DNA of 64,000 nt from Chrysomallon squamiferum (GCA_012295275.1 CM022670.1:24552001-24616000), one strand, 5' to 3'; counted from the stretch's first letter, positions 26,998 through 42,437 are shown. Notes: generated by a model not told the origin, from the sequence alone. Translations and numbers: made by a program.

Positions 26998-27910
26998 TCA
27001 ATATTAACACGGTCACCGCTGTTATTCTTGTCACTTTTTTTTATTATCTGTTGTTTGTTCATTTTCTAAAATTTTCCTTCTGTTTTCTTTTTATCTGCAG
27101 TGTTCGTCGTGTCTAGCACTCTTGTTTTCACTCTCACACTTCCTGGTGAGGAAACTCCACAGACGAGTTCTCTTCGTAATTAAGCGCCAAAGGCTTGGAT
27201 TTATTTATTTTTTCTCACGTTACGAAAGACAGTCGTTAAAAGATTCTAAAATAACCTCTCTTTTTTCTACAATTATTTGTATATCTAGACCTCCCTGGAA
27301 CCACAAATACATGTATTGAAAAATAAAATTCGGAGTAATATCCTGTTATCATTAAATCAGTGTTCTGATGACAGTTACATAAAACTAGTCGTTACTGAGA
27401 TTTAATTGATTTTTCTACTTCATTCTGTCCTCGGAGAAATGACATTATTAAATCACTTTGCTTACTTACCTACTTCACTGTCTAATGAAAACACATAATG
27501 TCAACAAAGTGGATGCGTTTTGACACAGAAAAATAACGCAACGAAAGAAAACTTCAGTTTACAGATAAAACTATAAATAAATAAACTGATATGTAGAAAG
27601 GGTCACTATTTCATTTAAAATACACTTTATTTTTCTTCTCTTTTACTGTCACATAAAAAAAGCACTAGTTTGGGTTATTTTATCATGACTTTATAATATA
27701 ATCAAAATAGGGTTTGGAACGTAAAAATACACGTTTTCTTTTGGTTTGTTGATTGTCGTTTCAATTATTTTATCATTAAAACCTAAACAGGACAGGGACA
27801 CACAAAAAAAAATAATAATAATAAAATAAAAAATTGTTTAATAATTTTGACATGAGATGAAGTTCATAACCATCTACTCGTTTTGTGTAAAAACTTAAAC
27901 GTGAACTCAC

Positions 27911-28279
27911 CTTAACCAAGAGAACCCTGTTGTTGGTAAACAATTCTCTTTCGTCGCGCGACGCCGGGGACACGGGTGCGTGCTGAACAAACCCGTTTTT
28001 CTCGACAGTTTTGGAAAGCTCGTTCACGTCCACTCTGAACGTCACGCTCTTCTGCGAGCTCTGCTCCGTGGACCCCCGGCTCCGTCTGTTGCTGTCCGAG
28101 ATTTCGCGCACGTTGGACAGCCTCGCGATCTTTTCTTCCTTGCTGGACAAAAGTTTCCTGTTTCCGGACCTCTGCAGCACCGTGGGCGCCGACCTGCGCC
28201 GACTGTGCCCCATTATACTTCCGTTGTAACGTCGGCGGGGTTTCCGCACCATCGTCCCCGCGCGAGTTAACATAGACAT
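27911..28279 (-). CDS. Paralogous N-terminal coding exon B (123 codons)
   Basis: ATG 28279, MSMLTRAGTMVRKPRRR...RRRSAPTVLQR...KSVTF...NRVLLVK, then AAG|GTGAGT (phase 0). Confidence 0.88.
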
Positions 28280-29677
28280 GATATTCCTTTTCTTTTTTTC
28301 TTTCCTAAATCTTTATTAAAATCCAAACTCTTTGCTGTTCAGCATTCCACTGTTGTGTCGACAGGTTTTGTTAACATCTTTAACGCTACAGGGCGATAGA
28401 AAATCTGATCAAGCAGTCTTTAAAAGAAGTCCGTAACGCATAAACAAACATCAGGTTACAAAAGCATTTCGCCTCGCACCTTTTCCTGCTGTTGTTTTCT
28501 GTGTTGTATTGTCCGTTAATGGAGTTCGCTTCCAGTAATGACACATTAAGAAGGTAAAATATTTTGTTTATTCCAAGAGTTGTTGCACTAACCGAACATT
28601 CACAACACGCATAAAGAATATCCAGTTCTCAGCTGCTTCTGAACATTTGGCCACTGCTGAACATTCAGTCGCGCACGGACTTAAATCTCTGATAATGCGG
28701 AATCGGAGTACTTTCTCCTTTATGAAAAATGGAAAAAGGCAAAATACCAATAACGCGACAATAAGGATGATGTCACCTTAATAATTTGTCACTGTCATTC
28801 TAAGACACACCGATTTTACTTAACTGCAATATCGATCATACGAAGGATAACGTTGAGACGAGGTCTTCTGTGGAAACTAAATACTACTAGATTAATTGGC
28901 GGGATACCATAGAGTCGAATGAAACGCAACGCATCTCTAACCTCTAAGACTGCTGGTGGTAATATGAAGCATGGCTGTCACTTTATAGCAAGACAATTAA
29001 TTATATTTCTTGTTATTAAAAGAGCAAAGGCTTCACGTTTGTTCACACACAGCGAGCTACAGCTCGGTGTTGGAGCCGTTGAATTGACAGGACCGCCTGG
29101 GAATCATTAAATCCTCTTCATCTGGTAAATTTCCCATTCCTGACGCAGACTTAAGAACTGGCAATCAAAGTCGATGCATATGGCGGCATGTAAGTGGATG
29201 TAAGAGATTACTGGCTACTAATAAAGACTGTTTACTTCTGTTAGCTTATCATCGTGTAAATAATGAATCCGTGTTTACACCTTGCAGTGTACTGATATAA
29301 TTATCAGCGTTCATAGACTGTGGTGAATTAATCAATGACTTGACAGTTATAACAAAACAATAAGGCTTGTTTCAGGATCCAAATGCGTATAAGACGTGCC
29401 TTAATCACAAATTAAACTACTCAAGACCGTTCTCTTTGATACAATTATGAGTTTTTGTCAAACTAAGGCGAATTATGCAATAACAAGAAAATTATACGTA
29501 AGAGAATAGACTAGGTTTACGAGAGACCATTATTATAGTGTAAGTAATTTTAAAGATGAAATGAGTTTCTTTACTGTGCAAAAGAAAATATTCTTCATCT
29601 AAACTCTGGACAGACATTGGATGCAATGTTTGATTGATTTTGTCTCATTGTTTTCTCTACTTCTCATAGTTCTTCTT

Positions 29678-29708
<31 letters not shown>

Positions 29709-32550
29709 TTATTATTATTATTATGTTTATCGCTTTTCTGTATGTTTCACTAAGGAAGTGGCTTCGTTAATTAGACTAGAGCTTGAAGTAAAAACCTTTT
29801 GCCACAGTCACCACTAATTGGAGCTATGTTGATTTCGCCTGAACCGGAAAGTCTTCACAATGTCAGGTCCTGCGCTTTCTCTATGAATATTAATAACTGT
29901 AGGAGTATGGCGGTTTATGGGGGTTTAAGTAAAAGTCAGGGAAAGAGAATCACGACAGAAACACTCGCGTGTGTGTGGGAGGTGCATTTAATTCTTTATG
30001 CCCATCGAATCCGAAGCAATTTGAGGAGTACAGGTGCCGAATGTTGCAGTTCAGCATTCATATTGTAAAAAAGATTTTGGAACTAGTTTAATTAAAATGG
30101 TTCCTGCTAAAATGTTGAGAATGTATGGCATTTGCCTGGCATTATCAGAGATTCATTATTAATTCAGAATATGTAAGAAGACCACAAAGACCGCTAATAA
30201 ATGTTTGATTTAACAGAATCAGAGAATCGGAGTTTTCGGCTAGCTAAATCAAACGTACTTAATTTTTAATAAGACAAAATTCTGGATAATACAGAAATTA
30301 TTTATAATCTGTGAAAAAAGATAATTTAGTCATTTTTAAAGATACTGTTACTATGCTTGCAAAATGAAAGTGTATTTATAAAGAAATAGACAAAAGATAT
30401 TCTGCATATTTCCAATTTATTTATTTATATATTATAAAAAAATTAGTTGCAGTGGAAATTAATAACAAAGTGTAATAACAACATATTACATTTACTGGTT
30501 GTCATAAAAAATAGCTATCACACCTCGATCCACGATTCTACTTGTAAAAAAGTTAAAATGGCGGCGTTCACGTCTTTTATAACATAATTATTTTATTATC
30601 TGTCTATGAATGATAATACGTCATAAAAAAAGAATAAAATAAACTGTACAAATAACACAACACCTATTAAACCATGTTGTTATCGTTAGTTAACCTGTTA
30701 ATTTATTTTAACAACTAGTGAACATTTTAATTTATAATTTTGTATACTATCCTAGAATCTTTAACGCTTAAAACCTTGGACTGAAATAAGCAGATTTTCC
30801 TTTCTAAGCAGTTCGTCGCTTTACAGTTTTTACAGATCAAGACGACCTAAGAATAAAATGCATACGAGTCAATGTTTAATGACATTGGTTCACGAAACTC
30901 GGCCATTAATATCAGACATTACCAAATCTGTGGTGCGTTCGTTGTAGACACGAGAAATTTAACATCATAGAATATTTCCAATGCATTCAGTTTCATTTAT
31001 TTAAAAGAAGACGTTTCTAAAATAAGTATTGAGCGCAGGTGAAAAGTTATATGTGAAAATATTAATGATAAATAAATAAGCCAAGATTCTTCAGAATTTA
31101 TTGTGGAAATGGTTTTAATGACATTAAAAGGAAAACCTTGACATTTTCAACGTCCACACGGTTATAAAAGAAAGACGAAATGTTTTGATGTAGAAACAGA
31201 TATATGAATAGTAGTAATCGTTAATATATAACTTAATGTTTTTTCTTCCTAGCTTTATAGATCAGTTTCGTTTGTTTCTTACTCTCCGCCCATCTTTTTC
31301 TCTCTTCTTCTCTCTCTGAATGTATGTATGCATGTATGTGTATGTATGTATGTATGTATGTATGTATGCATGTATGTATGCATGTATGTATGTATGTATG
31401 TATGTATGTGTGTGTGTGTGTGTTTTTTTTTTCCTTCGTTATTTTATTAAGGTTTCTTTCTATAGCATCATCTCTTCACACACACTCTGCCAATCTTCTT
31501 GAACTTTAAAAATCTCTTTCTGTGTCGCCAAACATTATTTCCCTGCTTTTGCCGTATCAGCTAGAAGTCTTTTCGCTTTTATGTATTTCATAGGTTTTTC
31601 TCGTTCGAAAAACGACAGTCTGCCATTCCTCTTGTAATCGATAACAAAGTCTTTTGCGATCTTTTCTTGACCTGACTTCGTTTTCAATCCTGCTTACTCT
31701 ACCCATCACTGAGCATTAGATGTCAACCCAGGCTGGTAACAGGGCTGGAGGACGTGCTGTGAAGACCATAATTATCGCTGCCATGCTTTATTTGAGCAAG
31801 TAATGAGATGTTTTTGTCATAATGTATTTTCAGACCGTCTTAGATCGGGTCGTTATTGGATGCTTGGTGACATCATGTTTCGAAGCCTGTAACAGATACT
31901 TTTTAGTCGCAATGGACTTGACGCCGCATGAAGCGTTCAGTTCAGTTAAACAGTTTTTTTTTTTTTTTTTTTTCTAAGCTGACACAACTAACTAATCATG
32001 AGCATTGTTTTAAAGGGTTGACGACCAAGATGATGACGTTTATGTCAGTATTAATGTGTCTTCTATTGTATTTTATATAGACAAAATAGAAATAATACAT
32101 TTTTTTTTTTTTTTTTACATTAAAAGATCCGTCAGTATAATAATGAAAATGAATTTATATGCAATTAAAGAATCAACGAATATCTTTCCACTTTATATGC
32201 AGAACTGTATATCTGTGTATGTGCTGCTTAAATGTACATTTTTGTGAATTTAGTTATGTATGTATGTATGTATGTATGTATGTATGGATGCATGTATGTA
32301 TGTATGTGTGCATGTATGTATGTATGCATGTAAGTATGTATATCTATGTATATGTGTGTATTTAGATATTTATGTACGTACGTATGTATGTATGTGTTTG
32401 TGTGTGTGTGTATGTGTTTTTATGTATATAATATATATGAGGGTATTAGCACGTGTATTTATAGATGCATTAAAGCAATTATATATCTACTCATGCATGT
32501 ATGTATAAACGTATTTACGTATTTGTCTATTTGTGTTTGTGAATATATTT

Positions 32551-32595
<45 letters not shown>

Positions 32596-33190
32596 CTGTA
32601 TGTGTCTATAATCCATATTTCAGTTACATTAGTAATCTGTGACAAGTTTCAGTTATGTAGATATGAATATTTAATAAAAGACTCAAATATACTGTAATAT
32701 ATAAATATATATTTTCCACAGAGATAATCAGATTCTCGAAAAGTCGAATCCACGTTAGTTACTGACAAATTTTGACCTTTGATATAAATGATTAAATTAT
32801 TTTATGTTTCATCTGCAGCGGTGAACTTGATAAGAGTTGCTTCCCATACAAACACCGAAACACTGAAGTCCAGGGTTGTATTGCAGCTGTTTTCATATGT
32901 TAATTTTAACTAATGTCAAGCATGATGATAATGATGAAGAAGAAGATGTTGTTGTTGTTGTTGTTGTTGATGATGATGATGAAAAAGAAAAACAAGAGCA
33001 AGGAATGAAGGAGGAGGAGGAAATAAATAAAAAAAAGGTTAATAGGAAAAACAGTTTCGATAAAAAAAATAGCAGCTGTATGATTAACTAACCTTGTTTA
33101 CATAAATTAGAATTAAAAAAAAATCTTTAAACGAAAACGTATGCCTAATAATAAAACAGCAGCAATAACAACAACAACAACAACAACAAC

Positions 33191-33242
<52 letters not shown>

Positions 33243-34438
33243 TAATAATAATGAAGGAAAAAAAAAAAATCGAAACAACAACAAAACCCCCCAACTACAA
33301 AGAAAGTAAAGAAAAATTAACACGTTTATATTAAGACTATTTAAATGTGCTGAAAATGAAGACAAATTAAATGTGTTTATTATTTACTAGTATTTCATAC
33401 AAACCACTGATACTCCTCCTGGTAACAGAAGTCTGAATGTGTTTTTCTGCTCTGAAATATTCAAGACATAATTTGTGAATACTGAAATTCTATATTTTGA
33501 TCGGCTTTATTTCATATTTCTCTGCGATAAACGTAAAATTTTAATTAATATAATTTCTTATTTCACAGACAAATTTTTTAACTAACAGTTTTTTAAATAT
33601 AATTTTTATTTTCAGCAAACTGCAGTCATTACTTAGACGGCAAATACAGCATAAATAAAAGAAGCATTTCATTTTCCTATCTAATTCATTCGCTTTGGAA
33701 CAATGTTTTAATGTCAAATGTCGACTTCAGTTTCCCTAATTGATTTGGTTTCAGTTCTCGGATTTTCTGTTTAGTATAAAACGCTCGCCATCGGATAATA
33801 TTTTGGACGAAGCTTCGGGCCCAAAGGATAATAATCAGGTTTTTACGTCCAAGGTTGCTTCGCTTTTCCTTCTGTTAGTTTATACCAAGAAAAACGACAT
33901 TTTCATTCCTGTGATGTTTTTGAACGTCAACAGACCCATGTAAACATGTTTACGTACCCAGACAGCGTTATTATTCGCGTTAATCCTTTATTCAATAATT
34001 TGCATATTCGTACGCGTAAGATGTAGTGCTGTAGCGAAACGTCTTTTCATTAGCAAAATGGATTTGACTTAATATTTTAAGAAATTAATCAGTAAGCCCA
34101 CTGTTGAGACGTGAAGAAGTACGTTTCATTCAAAGATTTCTGACCACGCATCGATTCAATGCGTGCATTTAAAACATCGTTTTGTCCTGTAGTAGGAAGA
34201 TGTTTACTGTTATTCCCGTAGTTGTTACTGCTTCTACTTTTATCGTTATTGATGTTTATGATGACAGTGATGATTATGGCGGTGATAATGACGATGATGA
34301 TGGTGGTGATGATGATGATGATGATTTGAATGAAATGATATTGATCACCTATAAGCTTATTTTATTTATTTATTTATTTTATTTTATTTAAATTTTTTTG
34401 AATTTTTTTATTTAGGAATTCATTATGAATGTGACTCA

Positions 34439-34499
<61 letters not shown>

Positions 34500-35319
34500 A
34501 CACAAAACAAAACACATTCAATCTAAGATAATCCCACTATCACATGACCTGCACAACCAATCAAACCAGGTATTTTGTTAATCTGATTTCTGTTTCTCAA
34601 AGAAAAAACAAAAACATCTAACACTCACAAAGAAAACTTGATCTTATACAAAGGGTATATAAAATATATAAATAAACATTAATTATTAATATATTAGCAC
34701 ATACGTATCAAGTATATACATATATATACCAAATACATAAGCACTTAAAGTATATATCCAGGTACCAAGTAAATACAGTAGAAGATTTTTGTTTGCATGT
34801 ACTAGAAGATATTTTCTTAAGTTATTAAGTTTTGGGGTTTTTTACTATTATTATTGTATTCAGTAACTGAATAAAACGAAAAACAATTGCTCATTGTTGA
34901 TTATTATACTAGTATTATAGGGGTTTGTTTAATTAGACCCTCAGTTGACTGCATTACAACTGGATGTGTAACAAATTTGAGACACTCTACAAGATACGCT
35001 TTTGTAATCATGTTAATCAGATAACTTGCACGTTCATACAATGGGTAGAATACTTGCAAAATATATTTTCATTAGCAAAGTCCTTTTGACTCAATGTGTT
35101 AAGAAATTAATCAGTAATTGTATAGACAGATAGTCAGTTAATTAGCTGATTATTTAATATACTGTTTAGTTGGTTATTTAATTAGTTAAATACAGTTTAG
35201 TTTACTTCAGTTCGTATGTTATCGAAATTCTGAATTTGCTGTGAAATATTAAAAGTAACGGAAATAATTTATTTAAAAAAAGGACTTCTCCAATAACTAC
35301 TAAATATACAATCAGAAGT

Positions 35320-35406
<87 letters not shown>

Positions 35407-37313
35407 GGATTAATGATGAATTAAAGGTATTTAAACTAAGAATCTAATTAATAATATCAGTCATTAAATGTGGGCTAAAGAATAAATGAAATATATTAAA
35501 ATAATTATATAACTGATATATATATATACATATAATATATTATATATATACATATATATATATTTTCTTAGTAATTATGCATGTATATATATATATATTA
35601 TATATTATGTATAATGTTATAACTGAAAACAGTAAAATGTACTCGTATTTTTCGTTGTGTTTTATGTTCGCTGTCACATCATTATCTCTCTGTCTTTATT
35701 AAATCCGTTTTGAATGTGTAAGAGTCTTATATTTATAATAAAGAATTAGATGAATGGTTTCCAGCCATTTTCTTATATTATTATTAGAAGTAGTAATTGT
35801 AGTAGTAGTATTAATATGTATATAAGATTGTAAAACACATAAAACACTGAAACTTGTAAACAATACTAAACTTGTATTGCCTTCAGTTATAACATTTATT
35901 TATTTATTTGTTTGTTTGTTTTATATGACAATGTGTAAATAATATATATATAAAAAATGTCCTCATGAACACAAATAAACGTAGCTGTTTATATACGCGT
36001 AAGTCACCAAGGATATAATTTAAACACATATTATTACTCGGTTGACATTTCCGTCCTCAAATAATGTACTCCGAAATAAACATTTAATAAAACCCACGAA
36101 ACTGTACATTAAGAAATCCTCAAATAGCCAGAGGTTCTAATTTATCTTAAAAAAAAAAAAAAAAATAATAATAATCAGCTTTATGCTTTTATTTCTGAGA
36201 CTACGACGAAACAAATGTAGTATTGTGAAGCCTGTGCATTAATAAGTACTGAAGAAAAAAAAAAAATTCAATCAGAAAACTGATACTTCTTCATTATTAT
36301 GACCAGAAAAAGCACTTCGCCAGACGCTGTACGGATGTGTATGCGTGATATCAAATACTGGAATACGCCGGTGTTGAAAGGATTATTGTTATTAACAAAG
36401 AAACTAATATGATTTGAAATCGCATTCCCTGCTAAAACAGATGTACTGTCAAAAATGTAAATGTGGGAGGAGACATTTCTAAAACCATATGTTTTCAAAT
36501 GACGTTGTTTCATCACGTGGCTCACAGGAATGAGCATCAAGGGAGTTTTAAAATTGATAACTTCATATACAGAACGTACAATAGCAATACGTTATGTGTG
36601 ACATATGAGATTAAACACTGGATTCTGCTCAGCAGTGCGTCTGTTTCAGCTGCATACCTGTCTTTGTCGGTAACAAATGCGAAAACTGCATCAAGCTAGC
36701 GTTAACTGATTTGAAGATAACCTTTCGCTTCAACCAAATTCTATTTGTTTTGAGAAAAATACGAATAGAAGAACTGTTCATGTAAAAATCAGGGTTTCAG
36801 TACGTTCCCAGAATCTAAAAAAAGAAATTGAAATAACAGCACATCTTCGACTTTAATGAACAAAAATCTATACCGGTTTTTTTAAGGACTAAATGTAGTT
36901 AGATCAACTGGACTTTCCCATTGGTATGGCTTCATGTCTTAAGTGCACATACGTCTAGAGATCTGTGTCTCTAAAATTAGCGCCTGCATATATTGTGAAG
37001 AGAAAATTTATCTTATTATCACTTGTATGATGAAAAAGAATAATCTTTATATTATTTAAATATAAATTGTGTACAAAGATTTTTCCATCATCACCAAATA
37101 GAAAAGTACAAACTGTTCTCATAAAGTAAAGCAAAATTAATTCCAGCTTTCACGAATTGATGTTATTAACAAGAACCGCAACTCTGGTTAAAATCTTTGT
37201 AAACTTGCATCCTGGTCCTAAATCAGACTGAAATAAATGAAGTCCACTGCACTGAGGGTTTAGACAGTTTTCATTGTATATGGTATATGTTCTGCCGAAT
37301 TAGACAAAAATGT

Positions 37314-37384
<71 letters not shown>

Positions 37385-38546
37385 ACGTGTCTCTCTGTTA
37401 TTGGTTTAAACAGTGTGCACCGTATTTATTTGTAAATAACAACCTTGGCGGTAAAGGGAATTAATTTTCAAATTAACACCGTTCGTTCACATAGGCGGAT
37501 CGATCGCACAAAAGGTGTTGTAAGAGTTAAACACCGGCAAAACCGCGGATAGGAAATAAAATCAGAGTTCATTGTTCAGAAGCTTTTACTGTTGGTAGCG
37601 TGTTTCTCCTTTGTGAAGCTCGGTAATTAGTAAGCACACAATAATATAAGCCCATCGCGGCATTTACCATTCTATGTTTTACAGATAATTGTGTTTCCAG
37701 GTTTGAAAATCAATAGCAGTGTAATAATTAGTCGGTAATACACGCGGATGTCGTTTGTTTCTTTGCCGCACGATTTGGTACGTTGTTATTTTCACGTTCA
37801 GAAATTTGCTTCGTTTATGTTCTAGTGAGTTTTGGAGTGTTTTTCAGTTGTATAGATTGTTTTATTTAAACAGTTATTTGAATGATGTTTTGTAGTAAGA
37901 AATAAATCATTTGTTGAATGAATCAATACAAAAAAAAAAAAAAAAAATACATTTTAGAAAATGTTGATGTTAGTCTTGTACTGACAATGACACATGAATT
38001 TTAAAGAAATGCCTAAAATAAACAACAACAACAACAATAATAATCTTTTCTGTACTGATGATAATAATATCGATGATGAAACCAAAAAAAAAGCCATATT
38101 ATTTAAACATTTCAGGAACTATTTGAACTATGCCCTGGTTCTTGATCCTTTTAAAATTTGAAATTTAAAAAATAATATAACTTTGATCAATAATAACGAC
38201 TGCAATGACAAAAAAAAGAGAAGAAAAACATAAAGTTTGTTGAACAGTATAATAAGACAAGCATACATAACTGCTGATAATAACAACGGCATTAATGTTG
38301 GTTCCCTTAAGTAATCAAAGGGCTTTAACATGATTTATTTCTGAGAAATCCATTTGTAAGTATTAATAATTAAACATACAAGATTTAATTTTAAAAAAAG
38401 TTGAAAATGTTAACCACAAAATGTGGTAATAAAACTATTATTAAGTTACTGAAGAAATAAAAAAATGGAATAATCTGTGAGACTTGGTTACAACTCTGTG
38501 TTGGAGTGCGAGAGAGACAGACAGACACATTGAGAGACAGACAGAT

Positions 38547-38680
<134 letters not shown>

Positions 38681-39689
38681 TATTAATACGTATAGAAACT
38701 GATAGCTGTTTAGCGCAGTTTAGTCATCTTTTATCAATGAAAAGAAAACAGAAATAATTGTGATTTTAAACGTTTAAATCTGTGTCCGTTTCAGTTTTGT
38801 CGATTATTGTGCAGCATTCTGCATGCCGTAATCCACTTGTAATCCGATTTATATTTATTTTATCTATTTCCTCTTCATTTCTTCGATGACAGGAATTCAC
38901 CTAGATATCACCTAGTTTTAATATGAAACTTACAGGCTATCTATCAGCTGTCAGTGTGTAATAGTAACAGCAGACCACCACCAGCAGAAGCAGCTGTAGT
39001 AATAACAGTATTAGTAATAGTTGTTTTTATTTTTGTTGTAGTTGTAATAAAAGTTAATCGTAGTCGTTATAAAACATACACAAACATACACAAACACATA
39101 CACAAATGCGGACACAGATACACGTTCACACAGACACAGATACACGTACACACAGAGACATACAAACAAGCTCAGGGGTGGAGAACGTAATACATCGACG
39201 TATTCGAAATCCTTTCTTAGACTTGTTCCTTCACAGTGATTTTGCGACAGACGTAAGTCCCCTCGTAGACCGGGCTCTTGAAAGCGCACGAGAGAAGCTA
39301 AACCAATAACGTGTAGCTATGGATCTCGTGTTAGCGGGGACTGAGCTCGTGAAAGCCGACCACTGCAAGTGATTGTCCCGTCTGTCAGGTGTTAATGAGC
39401 TAACGCGTTTCTCTCACTTACTGACAGCCTTCCTCTGTTGTCACACGTAATTTTCTGAGTGCTAGACCGGACACATTCAGCTATTAATTATTGTAATTTA
39501 GCATTTACTAGTCATTTGTAACTGTTCGTTCTATCATTACCGCTATCGACATTATTATTTTCACCATAATTATTATCATTTATAATCAGCTGCATGTACT
39601 AATTTAACGGTATTTGCATAACGTAAAGGTTTCTTTGACAGTAATTACAGCTTTAAATCTTAATCTGTTAGTAATATACTTCCCACTGC

Positions 39690-39956
39690 TACTGTTACTT
39701 TGATTGCTGCTGCTACAACAATTACCACTACAACTATTACTATTACCGTTATGGCTACAGCTATCACTATCGATGCTGCTGGTACTGCTTTTGCTATTGG
39801 TATTACTACTACTAGTATTATTACTACTGATACTAAAACGAACATTACTTCTGCTACTCTTGCTACGACTGTAACTGCAGCAGCTACTGCTACTTCTACT
39901 ACTAATGCAGTTAGCTATAATTATTTTTGTTGCTACTGCTATTGATGCTGTTACTA

Positions 39957-39998
<42 letters not shown>

Positions 39999-40050
39999 TT
40001 GCTACTACTATGACTAATACTGTTGCTACTACTACTACTACTACTGTTGT
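39690..40050. repeat. Degenerate (ACT/GCT)n low-complexity tract. Similar tracts at 2590-2990 and 41650-41990, and GAT-rich at 45650-45910
   Basis: Trinucleotide periodicity explains the spurious poly-T/V/S/D ORFs. Confidence 0.9.
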
Positions 40051-40202
40051 CACTAAAGACACTGTCAAGTCGAAAACAAAAAAAATAAAAATACAGAAAC
40101 GCATCATTCCGTCGATTCCTTTAAAATTCATTCCGGATTTTAAAAAAGCAACAGAAATAAAGCGTTAAAGACAAACAATCAGACATTTGTTTATTCACTT
40201 AC

Positions 40203-40868
40203 CTTGATGAGGAGCACAGTCGTGTGGTTTATCGACTCGCTATCACTCAGCACCGACGGCGACGGCGTCAAATTTTGAAAACTTTGATCCCGCTGAGGTA
40301 ATTCTCCGTTCTCGTCCGTCTCCTGGATGGGTGGAGTCCGTCCCCTGCCGTGCAGGAAGATGGGAAACGAGGTTAAATCAGCTGCCGAAGACCTTCTGTC
40401 TCTGCCCACGGCGAGAGACATGGATCGCTTTTTCACCTGAGCAGGTAAGAAGTTTTTTTCGTCGTCCTGAGAAAGTGGGAAATTTGTTTCCGTTTCGACG
40501 CGAACAGACGAAACATCTTTCGCTTTGCTACCTTGAGAAGGGGGCGAGTTGCTGTCTACTTCGAGAACCGGCGGCAAATCTCTTTGTCTGCCTCGCCGCA
40601 ATTGAGGGGACGTGCCGTCGCCGACGAAAGAGAGTTTTTTCGGAGACGACGGCGGATCTGTCGTTTTCGAAGTCCCGAATAACGACGTGGACGTTTCTGA
40701 AACAATGGAGAGTCGAGCTACCTTCTCTTCCATACGAGTGAGCAGTTTAGAATTCCCCGTCCGCTGGAGAACGGTGGGGGCAGACCGCCTCCTCGTGGAG
40801 TTCTGGATACTTCCTAGACGTCTACGGTGCTTTCGCACCATAGTACCCGCTCGCGTAAACATCGACAT
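40203..40868 (-). CDS. Paralogous N-terminal coding exon C (222 codons, ~100-aa Ser/Pro-rich extension)
   Basis: ATG 40868, MSMFTRAGTMVRKHRRR...RRRSAPTVLQR...KKLSF...TTVLLIK, then AAG|GTAAGT (phase 0). The 666-nt frame is open. Confidence 0.88.
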
Positions 40869-42437
40869 GTTCTTTAGTTTGAGAAATTCAGTTTACCTCC
40901 TATCATCTATACGTGGACGATATCATCATGGGAATCGAACTGGTGTTTTTTTAAAAAACAAAAAACTGATCAATTCTTCAACCACATTTCCACCACCGGT
41001 AAACTAAAATGTTGTAAAAACAACAACCCCAAAACAGCGATGCTTTAGGGAAGAAAGTGATAGTTAGATAGATATTTAGGCCGTCCCAAAGCCAACCAGA
41101 CTGCAGTTTGATAATTTCCGTCACGATCATGGAATAACGCTACCGATACCTTCTGCTTGCGACAGTGTCTACTGTGGGTAAACCTCTTTGTGTTTTTCTA
41201 ATGCAAGAAGCCGATAGCTTTAGCCGTCAACTGGTGCTTGCTAATCTTGTAAATCACTCCGGCCTACGGAAACGGCGCGTCTCATTCATGTTGTTTAATG
41301 GAGACCGTCCTTCGGTCCTGTCTTTTGTGGCGATTGAATGCTAACTAGGCATTAGTTGATATTTCTTTTCGTACATCTAATTACAGAATACATTTCCTGC
41401 TACGGGCGAAATAGTGTATCATGAACCATACATCGCCTCAGTTATTTCCGATCTTGGAGCGGATTTGTTACGGTCATAACATCCCTTGAGAAAAACCTTT
41501 ACTATCACTGGATCTTTTTTTTTTTTTTTTTGTTGTTGGATATTATCGTTCTGCAACAGCGCGACCTCATAGTGTTATTGATAATGATTAGGAAGTGATC
41601 GCAAACTGATTCGATGCTTAATATCCATTACAAATGTATGTTAATTTTTTAACAATAACAATAACAACAGTAGTAATAATAATAGCAGTAGTATTAAAGG
41701 TAGTAGTAGTATTAGTATCAGGAGTAGTATTAGTATCAGGAGTTGTAGCAGCAGTAGTAGTAGTAATAGTAGGTAGTAGTATTTAAAGGAGTTGTAGTAG
41801 TAGTAAGTATTTAAAGTAGTAGTAGTAATAATAAAAGTAGCAGCAGTAGTGATATCCATGTATGCATGCATCATTATAATGTAAAATAACAGTAGTAGTG
41901 GTATACTGATTAGTGGTACTAGTAGTGATGGTAGCAGTAGTAGTAGTAGTAGTGGTAGTAGTAGTAACAGTAGTAGTAACAGTAGTAGTAAACTGAATGC
42001 AGCAGTAGCCTTCAGTCTCAGTAATTTAAAATTAAAATATTAAAAGAAAAGATTTAAAATAGCAGGTGATTAAGTTGGTCTGTTCATTAATCTTTACCAT
42101 ATTCAACACCTGTTTTTGTAATTACCTGTCATACTTTAGCATTAATATTTCAGTATCACATTTGTCAACTTGACAATGGCTTTTCTTCCACGAAATGGAA
42201 AAGAAAAAGAAAGAAAGAAAGAAAGAAAGAAAGAAAAAAGAAGTAAAAGAATGAAAAGGATGACGATGTTGACTATTATTGAGATAAAAAACTACGAAAA
42301 TATAATAATTTTTAATAACAAGTAACCAAACAACCAAACCCACTAACTAGCTAATAAATAACTAAATGAAATAAAATGATATAAATAATATAAACATAAA
42401 TAAATATATATATAAAAAAAATAAATAAATAAATATA

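Noticed and set aside
27776-27910. C-terminal read-through of the exon B ORF (VSSRLSF...YYYYFF)
   Set aside because: Lies beyond the conserved GTGAGT donor in AT-rich intron-like sequence.
40331-41007. Plus-strand ORFs overlapping exons A, B and C that resemble each other (STVGA..RR)
   Set aside because: Antisense shadows of the conserved minus-strand coding frame.
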